Shown piece by piece: positions 28,101 through 40,958 of a stretch of 64,000 nt of DNA (position 1 is the stretch's first letter; each line of letters begins with the position of its first letter). Below the pieces are notes generated by a model. It was not told where the DNA came from. It made no database searches and saw nothing but the letters and a program-made list of their open reading frames with translations. Origin of the DNA: Balanoglossus misakiensis (Eukaryota > Animalia > Hemichordata); assembly GCA_040954595.2 (NCBI GenBank), contig CM082583.2, positions 11,632,636-11,696,635 of the forward strand, read 5' to 3'. A program made the position numbers and the translations under genes.

Positions 28101-28770
28101 ATCATCTTCAGGCTCTGCATATTCCACAACAAAACTTTTACTGACAACTTTACTTTCATTCTGGCCATCCCTAAAGGGAAAAAAAAGTGTGTAAAGATTT
28201 ACAGACATTCTTAAACTGTGTCATCAGCTTATCCCTAGCCATAGTTTTCTATGCTAATTTTTGAAGGGATATTGAGGTGAAAGAGCTAAAGCACATGTCA
28301 GTCATTCTGTAACTGTTTGATTACCTTGAAACAGCCACAGCTTTTACAACTCTTCTTCCATTGTTCAATTGAAATGGTCCTTTATATCGCACTGTACCAC
28401 TTTTACCACCTGGTTTGCTAAATGGATTTGGTCTGGTGCCATCTGTTGTGAAAAATACACTTGAACCAGGTGTGGCTGAAAGATAAGGGTGAACAAAACT
28501 TTTGTCATTAAACACCATCATCATGATCTCAAAATTGTGTAACTATCAGTATTGTCCAGTGTCCACATAGTGGCAATACATATAATGGTTGCACAAAAAT
28601 CTTCATAATTTATTTTGTAACAAAAATGCCAGTACCGGTATACGGTCAACAGTCATACCTGACTTGATTTCAATATTTGTGTTTGAATCAATATGATTCA
28701 ATGGCCTTCCTGTTTCAGGGATTTTTAACGGTGAGATGGTTGGGGCTGAAACAGCTCCTGCTGATGGCAT
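25129..28770 (-). CDS. DZANK1: DZANK1-like protein (N-terminal Fn3-associated/CHB-HEX-C-like domain and ankyrin repeats, no zinc ribbons seen), spliced onto annexin
   Basis: MPSAGAVSAPTISPL.., VFFTTDGTRPNPF..VKAVAVSR/DGQNESKVVSKSFVVE, GTQTAGMYYP, SPGKGYWKKQIQHIAAHLEAYA..PKMGK. Ankyrin repeats GANANC..AVMNNHVDCIQTLVDAGADVNAK and GNSALHEGV..GETPYDLA. Confidence 0.85.
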
Positions 28771-29693
28771 TGTTACTGATGAGTTCTACAGTGCTTTCCT
28801 CTGTAATCAAATACAGAAAATTACCTTGTTACCTTTTATAAACAATATATGTGTACATACATGTACACAAACAAACAAACATACAATCAACCAAAGGTCT
28901 TAGGAGAAATTGAGTGATTGAATATTTATTATAGGTGGGGAAGGGGTTGTTACAGGAGGCAGGTATGGAATTATGAAATACACTTTTCATGGATGGTTAA
29001 CATTTCCATTATGTAGGCAAAAGGGGCAGAATGAATACTTGGAAATCAATATGTCTATATTAAGGACACCTCTTTATAGTATTAACAGATTTCCTGTTCC
29101 AAGAGATGTCCTTAGAAGAGAGGCTTCACTGTTATATGCAAAAATACTCACCCGAGTAGAAACGTAGTAGAAATCAACTCTTTACGTGCTTGGCAACGTT
29201 AGACCACTCTGACAAATAATATTAACTTTTCTGTATCGAGACTCACTCACTGTTTTTGTTTGGCACATAACAAGGGTCATGTGATCGACCAGAAGACAAA
29301 TGCGATCCTTTCCCGATCCAGCGCTCCTTATCCTTAGGACGTTGCTACTCGCAACAATATACAAACACACAAACACGTTGGGTCACCTGCGAGGCAACTT
29401 GGCGTCGGGATCAGACTCGAGTTTACCACAACGCGTACAACTTAGTTGTGACATGAACTATGAATATTCTTATGTATTTTCGTAATGCTGCCAATACAAT
29501 GGTTCGACACATTTAACTACACCATGTACACTGGGGCATGGAACCACAGGCCATTATTCATGTTGATAAAACTGTACAATATGTTAACGTGAATCTGATT
29601 CCGTCTGTGTCGCAAAATAACCCACAATGCAATAAAATGGGCATTTCCGGCTAAGGCTATCAGGTCATAGGTCACCAATGTCTGCAGACGACG

Positions 29694-31096
<1,403 letters not shown>

Positions 31097-31601
31097 CTAC
31101 TGTTCAAACATTCATAGAAACTATAATCTGTTTAAGAAGAAAACACACACATTTTATGTAATACTCTCTTAGCTCCATTACTATTTGCTGCTGGCAGAAA
31201 ATGTTTAATTGAAGAAACTCATTCCTATACCTAATTCAACTGATATCTATGCTACAAAAAACTATTAAATTGATAGTGTATTTGGCATGTTTTGTGCGTG
31301 CAGCAATACATTTGGTTATATTTACTCACCCATTTTGATTTCAGCAGGTATTTTAGACAGTTGTATAATCACATGAAAACGGAAAAATAGACTGCACAAT
31401 ACATTACAATATTATGTTGAAATTTGTAATAAATATTTTGAATTTGCAACAACAGCACTTGTCAGCATGGTCATTAAAAGAAACTATGAAATCCGCTAAT
31501 ACACAAGATTGTATTTGATGGTCTGTCAAAAGGAGAAATGTTTTCAATGAACATTGATTGGTTTTCCTTTGCTGAAACTTATCAAAGTCTGTAAACAATG
31601 A

Positions 31602-34596
31602 CTAAACGATTTTGGGAGCTTGACTGAGTATACCAGCAGTACATCCCACTGTTGCAATTAAAAACATCCACAGAAAGATTCGGTCAACTACAAGGGCCAC
31701 TAACTTCCACTCGTTCATAACTGCATCTTCTTGATCCTGGTCCTTGTATCTCTGTGTGATGCTCTCAACATTCTTGAGAATCTTCATGATGTTGAAATCG
31801 AATCGACTATGGACAATGCCTGGTGTGTCCACATTGATGACTTTAGTATTGTGCTCTAACATCTCCTGGGGGTGATTCTTCCTGTTGTTCTCGATCATGT
31901 TTTTCTCTGCGCCTGCCTCTTCCTCCTCCAAATCAGCCGCCAGATCCCCCAAGCAGAGGAATCTCGCACAGTAGTGGAGGAAGAACTTACGCACCCACTT
32001 AGGAACAGGTTTGACACTCCCAGGCACTTTGTAATGCAAACTCAACACAACAACTGTCATTGTGGTGGATATAGACACCAGACAAATAGTGGCCAAGTAG
32101 TATTGTCCTGCGAGAAAGAAAAAAACACGGAGCATATGAATTATGCAACATGACCATTCAAGCTTTTTTCATGTTTAAACAATTAATAGAAACAAAGTTC
32201 AGCATTGGTGTATATGCCCAATATGTTTTTTAAATTTGTTTGTTTATAACATCAGTGTGGAGAGTTTGCAAAGTAATTTAAATTCACTAGCTGTCATGTT
32301 TTATTATTTCAATATGTGTACTCACCAATCAGTGGTGCAACCTCTGATGTTGGAGGCATAGTTTCGGCAACCAATAGCAGGAACACAGTTAGAGCCAAAA
32401 GCACTGTAATACCTAGAGTAACTTTCTCTCCGGCGTCAGCTGGTAAGTAGAAGTCTAGCAAAGTTATGGTTGATATTAACATGCAGGGCACCAGCAAGTT
32501 AAATAGATAAAACAGTGCACGTCGCCGAATGATGATAGTAAACGTGACATCAGGGTATGGCTCTGGGCAGCAACCGTAATACACAACACTTCGTTTTACC
32601 GGCATTCCTTCAAGTTGCCACTCCCCGTTATTTATGTAATTATAAATGTCTCCAGCAGAGGATCTATTGGTCAGGTCGATTTGGAAGCCGTTGTACGCCC
32701 ACGAACCAAACTTGAGAATGCACTGTTGCAAGTCAAATGGAAAATAGGTCACATCTATTTTGCATGTACTCTTGTAGATGGCAGGTGCAAACCACGTGAC
32801 TGTTCCATCGCTGTACAGCTGGGCATTAGTATTCATCATGCCACTGAAACTTTCATCGGCACTGAAATGCAATAATTGTGAAATGATGAAATGATTGTGC
32901 AAAGATGGAATGCATGGCATGATTTGCACTAGCTACGTGTCAGAAACTTGTCAGAAACGTGTCAGAAACTTATAAGAAACTTATAAAGTTATAAGAAACT
33001 TGTCAATGGAAGAAAGGAAGAAAACTGAGAAAGAGGCAGAGAACGACTTACTTGTTGTATAGTACAATGTCTGGTTTCCAAATTGTATCAGATGGAACAA
33101 TCAGAACACCGGTGCCACCATAATCCTCAGGATTCCAGTTAAAACTTTCATCTGTCCATTGCTTTTCGAGATAAAAAGACGAGAATTTATAACAGACGTA
33201 AGGGTATAAACTATTAGAAGCTTTGTCCTATCACGGCGAACAAAATATCGTTTGACCATAAAATGTCACGTGACTTACCATCCTTATCCACAGATTTGTT
33301 GTCAAAACCTGGTTCTTCTCATCCTGAAAATACATGGAATGATTTACTGAATTATATTGGATAAACCCGATTTTGTAATGTTCTGCTTTATACGTCTATT
33401 GCCAATATCTACAAGTACAGTCACAAAGTATACGTTTTATATCGCCCGAGTTTAAAAGTTGTAGCTCTTTGGGCGTTAACCGAAATGATTTTCAATACTT
33501 ACTAAATCAATGATCTGTTGAAGGGCAGCGCCATATTTCACCAGAACAGCATCAGATGAATTACGAACAGGACGGACTATGTTGCTGTAGTTGGCAAATA
33601 CATCCTGCAATAATCTGTATTCATCAGGCGATGCCCAGACTCATGTAAAATAATCATAAAATGGAAGTTAGATAACCAGCCTATCATTTTAAAATGTCTT
33701 ATATGGGTTCACACCATTAGAACGTTTCTGAAACGTTTCATGTACCTATCTTCGTAAATTGTTTTTCAGTGAATTGGCGCTTGAATTCATTTGGTTTTGA
33801 TCAGTTGGCATTGATTTTGGGTGGTTGATTGATAACAGCGCCAAACGGTGTCTAAGTAAACATTAATCCTTAGCACTTCGATATCGACCCAATAAGGCAC
33901 CCGGTGACAGTACTTTACCGTAAAGTGAAAAATACGATGAGCATGCATTAAGAAATCAATGAAGGCAATAATTGACTCTGTGTGTTATATACTTGATTAG
34001 GTTACCTAGATCACATTTTGAAAAGGACTTTTCCGATAAAATATGATTAATCGATTTGGGTATGCTTAATCTTGTTATGGTTGTTTCTAGCACATACAAA
34101 TTAGTAAGTTAATGATTGAAATATCTCTGGTAGGCCTATATGGTAGAAACTTGTCCAAGGCTAAAGGGCGTTGAGAATACACAGATGATTGTACTGAAAA
34201 CAAATCGCGTCAACTGATGACAATGTAAATTAAAAATTTACACCTGAAACAATTGTAAAACCAAACAAGCACAAAAGAGAGAATTGTGACGCGATGTCAA
34301 ATGGTTTCAACTGGAACCAAGAGAACTTATAAATTTCCCGATGGCGGACAGCCATCATTATAATCCAGGTAGTTCAGATTGTTGCATACGCAAACGTTAA
34401 CAATTTCACAAGTAAAGTACGAACGAAACAGTTCCCACTTTCCTGAGGATACTATCGAAAAGACGTGTACCAGCATCAGAAAGGATTTGTGATGATCAAT
34501 TATCTCATAATACTTACCCGTTAGAACGAAGCTGAGTAGAAGAACCCAATGAAAACGTAGCTTGGCCATGTCTTCTGCGATACTGGAAATACTCAT
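31602..34596 (-). CDS. CHRNA10: Nicotinic acetylcholine receptor alpha subunit, alpha9/10-like
   Basis: Signal exon (ATG 34596 or 34569), WKPDIVLYN, Cys-loop [15 protein letters not shown], loop [11 protein letters not shown]2 [32 protein letters not shown]4 [11 protein letters not shown]. Orthology is approximate. Confidence 0.88.
32935..33005. repeat. Short intronic tandem repeat (~11-bp unit, TGTCAGAAACT-like)
   Basis: acgtgtcagaaacttgtcagaaacgtgtcagaaacttataagaaacttata... Confidence 0.7.
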
Positions 34597-35989
34597 CCGT
34601 CTGACAGTTACAAAAGAGAAAATTCACTTCTTAAAACTCGAAAACTCTGTGTAGAAGGTAGGGTTAGTGAAAATAATCGCTGTAAATTACAAATACCTTT
34701 ACAAGGCTGTAAACACATACCGATGGATTTACCTCCAGTCACCTGATTGTGTTGGGGTTGACAACTACATTCTCAAATTCGTAACCTAACTATGATCATC
34801 CGTACAGTTACTGCCCAGTATCGATTTTTGCCATAGGTATTTGCATAATGCACTTTAACCCACTCTGCGTGTACTGGCCTAACTGAAAGGGGATTTCAGA
34901 AATTATGCAAATCCGTAACTGCTCTTTGTACTCCAGTTTGCCTGGTTGGACCCGATTCGTTCTCATTATATTCGCGATTTCAAAACAATCATGGTTACAG
35001 CACAAGATATACAAAATAACATAACTCTTTGTGTCTTCCGCAATTTAGCCGAGAAGTTATTCACTTTAGCTTACAATCACACTGGTATCGTATTGTTTCT
35101 CTTCAAGTGTTGTCACTATTGATGATTTTTCTTTAATTCTACTGAAGCAGCTTGGTGAACTGTTTCATAACTAAGTCACGCATGGATTCACAATGAACAA
35201 CATACACCAAAAAGCAGTGCAGCCTCTCTCGTGAGGAGGGACCGTGCTTATATAGTGTGCTATTTCTGAGCAAATGGATATCGAACGCCATATCCATTGT
35301 CACTAATCTCATTATCCCATACACCACTCTTAGAGTTAATAGGTTTTACATATGTATTTATGAACACACTTAGGAAGGATACAATTCTGCAATACAGATA
35401 ATTTGATCCTGCTTAGCGCTGAGTTTGATGAAATCGTCTCACTCACTCACCACTCACTCAATCACTCACTAAACTGTCTGTCTATCCCTCTGTCTGTCTA
35501 CCTGCCAACCTGTCCACCACCCCAGCTACCGACCACCAACTAACCCATCTGTAACTGCCCATCTGTTTAACAGAGCAAAAGTACCTGGACAAGTTAATTG
35601 GTCGGTTGATATCCAATGCACAACACCACACAGCTGTGACAGACAATGAGCATCTAATTTGAAAACATCATGCTCGGTCGATGGCATAAAAAACCCGAAT
35701 GGTTTCATAGTGATTTTGCGACTCAATACAATCGAATATTTCTGTATAGACATTACAGAGGGTCGAATGACATTTGGAATTAAAAGGTTTGTAAAATCAG
35801 TTTATTGATTACTTTTCTGTAGGCCTATTAGATTAAAACGCCAATCGAGAGAAGTCTAACTATACGATTCGGCGGACAATTTATGTCTCACATCTGCTGT
35901 AATGATTCGTGAATGCCTGTGATTGCTGGGTCTCTGATTTTTAATAGACATTTTGTGGAATTTAGCAGCATTTGCCAAAATTATCAAAG

Positions 35990-37506
35990 ATGCGGGGCAC
36001 AACGTTTGTAATTTTCGCGTTGATGATATGGCCATTGGAAGGTAAGTCAAAGTTGCTTTGTGATTTAAAGGATCTAGCAAGGACTGTTATAGACACCAGA
36101 GTGAGAATAGAATATTTTCCATAGTCGTGAAATTACAAACGGCTACAAAATGTGTCTTTTGGCAGTTTCGGAAAGCTCACAAAAATATCTCTTCGTTGTC
36201 TTTTTACTATTATTATAGGGGTTACTGGAACCATGGCGACATTCCGCTTGGTAACGACATTAATGAGCAACTATTCGAAAACTGTGAGGCCGGTTGAATA
36301 TGGTACTGACCCGGTCGTTGTTCGTTACGGGATTGCTTTACGGCAGATCATTGACATGGTAAGTATCGTTTTGCATTCTGCTGGCTAAAGGAATACGAGA
36401 GGAGTTTCTTGATTTTGTGGGTGTGTTATTGATTTTAACTCTCAAAATTACAAACTCTAAACCAAAGATTTTTTTTAAAAAACTATAACGTATAATTGTG
36501 CTTTTGTTGATAGGATGAAAGGAACCAGATTTTGACATCGAACGTTTGGCTGAGACAGGTAACGGATTTTTTGTTGAAAATGTTACACCTTCCATCATTT
36601 TTAATTCAATGTGTTATTGTGATTCTCATATCGCGTATCTTCTGTATCTTTTGCTAATCTCACATTTATCGAAACTCCTCCTTTCTGCAGCATTGGACTG
36701 ACGTTCATTTCCAATGGAACCCGAGTGACTACGATGGGGTAACGACTATTAGGATTCCTATCACTGATTTATGGAGGCCCGACATTATATTGTATAATAA
36801 GTATGTACTAAATATTTCTGCTTTCAATGATATGATAATACCATTTTTAGTAAACCTTTTCATCTTCCTCGAAAAATGTTTCTGATTATCTTATATACCG
36901 GTACAAATGATCTATCATTTCTGATTTTATCATTGTACAGTGCTGATGACGCTTTTAAAGGTATCATGAAAACCAACGCAGAAATAACAAGTGATGGTGC
37001 CGTAACCTGGTATGCTCCAGCAATCTTCAAAAGTTCCTGCAGCGTCAACATCCGCTATTTTCCATTTGACACCCAGTATTGTCCACTTCGCGTGGGGTCT
37101 TGGACTTTTTCATCTTCAAGTCTTCAACTCATCAATCGTTCGGAAGCTGGTGACGTGTCAAGTTTCATTAATAATGGAGAATGGAAACTGCTTGGTGTGC
37201 CTGTCGTTCGAGAAAATATCTATTATCCATGCTGTCCGGATGACCCTTACAACATTCTCACGTTTTCCATCAATATTAGACGACGTTCTCTATTTTATGT
37301 CATTAATCTCCTGGTTCCCTGCATGATGGTTGTAGGACTTACAATGCTGGATTTCTATCTGCCAGCCGACTCTGGCGAGAAAATAACACTATGCATTACA
37401 ATTCTGCTGTCTCTCTCCGTGTTCATACTTCTAGTTGTGGAAACGCTGCCACCAACGTCAGAAGTTGTACCGTTGATATGTAAGTACCAGTTTGCCGAAC
37501 GCGAAG

Positions 37507-37593
<87 letters not shown>

Positions 37594-37631
37594 GGATGAT
37601 GATGATGATGATGACGACGACGACGATGACT

Positions 37632-37669
<38 letters not shown>

Positions 37670-38206
37670 ATTTATTTTGCTTTTTTTTCAGCTGCCTACT
37701 ATATGTCGACAATGGTTCTGGTCACCGTGTCAACGTTCTTCACAATTCTAGTGCTGGCCTTACATCACAGCGGGGCATACGGTAAACGAGCCCCATACCT
37801 TCTCCGGAAGGTTACTTTCGAGTTCATCGCACCTATACTTTGCAGAGGCCAATGCAGAAACAGTCAAAACAAAGAAAACCGTCTAAAATACAAACTTGAT
37901 GCGAGTTTACCCGAACTGAATACAAATATATATGAACAGAACTTTTCTGGTCAGTTGGACACTACAGAGCAGAAAGTCAAAGGAGTAAGTGGTAGGAAAG
38001 CGTGCTTGCAATACATGATGAATGGTCTAACCCTAAATATGCGCAAAGTTGTCGATAAACTAGATGGAGACGATTCAGACATGGAGATAGTGAATGAGTG
38101 GAAAAAGGTTGCGCTCATTCTTGATAGGCTCTTCATGTTAATATTTGGGGTGACCACTGTTATTTCAACATGCGCTATCATTTTACAAGCACCATCGTTT
38201 GAGTGA
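35990..38206 (+). CDS. Second nicotinic acetylcholine receptor alpha subunit, divergent alpha9/10-like
   Basis: Signal exon MRGTTFVIFALMIWPLEG (35990-36041), WRPDIILYN, Cys-loop CSVNIRYFPFDTQYC, loop C YYPCCPDDPY, M2 DSGEKITLCITILLSLSVFILLVVETLPPTS, EWKKVALILDR. Same intron positions as its neighbour. Confidence 0.88.
37509..37669. repeat. (GAT)n trinucleotide microsatellite in the last intron of the nAChR gene
   Basis: Near-perfect GAT run between the GT donor at 37480 and the AG acceptor at 37691. Confidence 0.97.
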
Positions 38207-40958
38207 TCAGTACAGTGTAACAGGAAATGTATCATTGCATCATTAATATTTCTACGCGTTATGGGCGTGATGTTGTGATGTTACGGGAGTGGATGCAAAT
38301 ACTGGGGTCCCACCCAGTCAATGATTTATTGAGGACTACTTATTATTCATAATATTTAGCTAATATTAGGATTGCATAACTCTCACCTGAACGTAACTTT
38401 TAAAATATGCTATATGAGTAATCCAGTCAGTAAAATAGCCATATTTCTATATCCTTTATGAATATTTCAAGTTTCTGAATTTGAGGAAAACAGATTTTAG
38501 AACCGATCTTTTAAACTTAGTAGAAAGAGTACACCAACAGAAAATGTTAAATTGGTTTGTGTAACCACATTTCCCAGTGCCTTTTTGTATTTCTGTCTAG
38601 GCTTGTATATACAGTGGTGATTTTGGTCACAATTATGCTCTTCATAGTGTATAATTTCAATTACAAAATGTGGTTTAATTTCATGTTTAATTGATATATT
38701 TACAGCTTCTGAAGTGCACATAAACATACAGTAACATTTTCACATTTCTGGGCTCATCACTAACTAGAGAGAGACAGACAGACTGACAGACAGAATGAGA
38801 ATACCATAATCTATGCTTGCATGCAGATATGCATACATCTATGAACAGGGTTGTACTCTAAATTATAATTTTAAACAAGTTTAAGTATTTAGGTATGCAC
38901 ATATATACCAGGTTCACACAGGGTAAAATTTGAGACACTATTTGCCTATGGTAAACACAGAGAATTAATCTTTTGAGTCGTTTGTGTCCACACACACAAA
39001 TAAAAGTTTATGTATAAGTGCTGAGGCTCGGTCCTAAGGGTTGTGGAGCTGGCCGGCAAAGCCGTCTCAAATCTGAGACATTTCAGGACCACTTAAACCG
39101 TTCACACATAATAATTTGCGCCAGTATTTCATCTGAGACACTTCAGAACTGTCTTAATGGTGTGTGTGTGACCCCTATAATGATGTTGATCAGATAATGT
39201 ACTGTTTACTTTACTTATGCTATGTTCACTGTTGGGACATATAGAAATTATGTATATACATTATGTTCCCATTAGCTGCAACACTAAAATGTTAACTTTT
39301 TGCTTGAAAATCTAAAACAGTTCATCGATGTAGTTTGCCGTTGGTCAATAACACTTTGTAAAAGTATTTGAAATGCTTCTCCATCGAATTAACAGTGCAT
39401 GTCTTCTGAAATGGTAACTCTAAATAGGATTTGTTTACGTCTATTTCCCTCTTACAATGCTAAACATGTACACTGCAAAAATAAAACTGCATGAAGTTGA
39501 GAAAACTGAATTTAGTTGTCCTACTCCACAGCCAACAATAATGTAAATGATTGTTTGTACCTTCTTATCAAAAGTTTAAGTTGCATTAAAATCTGACAGA
39601 CGAAGGAACTAAAGAAATAAAACTTATAATTTAAATTGTTTTCACTGGTTTATATGGTTGCATGATCTCAGGATTTATTTGGAAAGTTGTTTACCCAGAT
39701 GTTGATACTGTATTGGATGATTGGATGTGCAATTATGAATCTGTGAAATTATGAGTGAGCTGTGTTTTTTCTCTTATCATGATTGATCATGATCTACCCA
39801 TAACATCATCTCATTATGGTTTCATTTCCAAAAATAAAATGGCTGCCCGGCGGCCATATTGATACTGACTTGCATCATCGAAGAAATTGACAAGTCCAAG
39901 CATGTCTGAGTAACAGCTGTGGATGTATGGCAGGAAAGGGCCCACATCACAAGTTCCGATTGACTTTCAGTCTTGAAATACACCAAGAATCAACACCTTG
40001 GGTTACCCTTGGGACAATCCCTTATACATGTATAAGTAAACAAAAAATATTGCGATATAGATTTGTCTGGATTACTAAGTTATAGAAAATGAGCTCCATA
40101 AAAACATATACACTGACGGTATTGAGGTAGGGAATACTAAATTTTGTTTCTATTAAACAGAGTAAATGATAAAAACATGAGTTTTTGATGTGACTGTACA
40201 ATCAACCCCAATATTTGCATCAGAACATTGTAACTGGCAGTAAAATGATTCTTTGAGTAATATTGTATAATCACTGGTCAAACTGTAAAGTTTTAAACGT
40301 TTCTCTTAATAACTTAAACATTCACTCAAAATTAAAATAAAGAAAATGAAGTAAAAAAAAATTGAAACAACAAATATTGTAAAACTTATCCTTAACATGA
40401 CCTTTTTAAATTTTCAAGGTGGTATGTCATGTTATAAGTGAGATGTGGTGTGGATTCATAAAACAACACATTCTATCTCATTAGATAGTTGAGGATTTTT
40501 GAGTTCAGTATCAAAATCATCACTGCAGAGGACACCAGTACAACGAGCGACCATCATCAGCTCAATTGCATTAATATTTGACAGAATGGAGATTTATAGA
40601 AATAAGAGTTATGCAGCAATTTGACATTTAAAATCCCACGAGCTGCAACTTTTGGGATAATTCATCATCGTCCACTCATAATACCACTGGATGGAACACA
40701 AGCTGACCATGATGTCCTTCCTTAACCATGGCGCGGCGAAACATGTTGGACCATGGTTAAAATAAAGTTTTGTGGATCAGCTGTGTTTGACTATGGTTTG
40801 ACCATGGTACTATAAACAGTGGTCCCATAATCTCCTTTGTATATGACATGTGGCAGCTATAGGGATGAAATGCTACAAAGAGAATGGTCATACTGGCAGA
40901 GTTTTGATAATGGCCACCCTTTACACGAGGATAATATTCATAAATTATCCAAGTGTTC

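Noticed and set aside
37458-37751. Poly-Asp, poly-Met and poly-His/Ile ORFs
   Set aside because: Translation of the intronic (GAT)n repeat; proper splice sites flank it.
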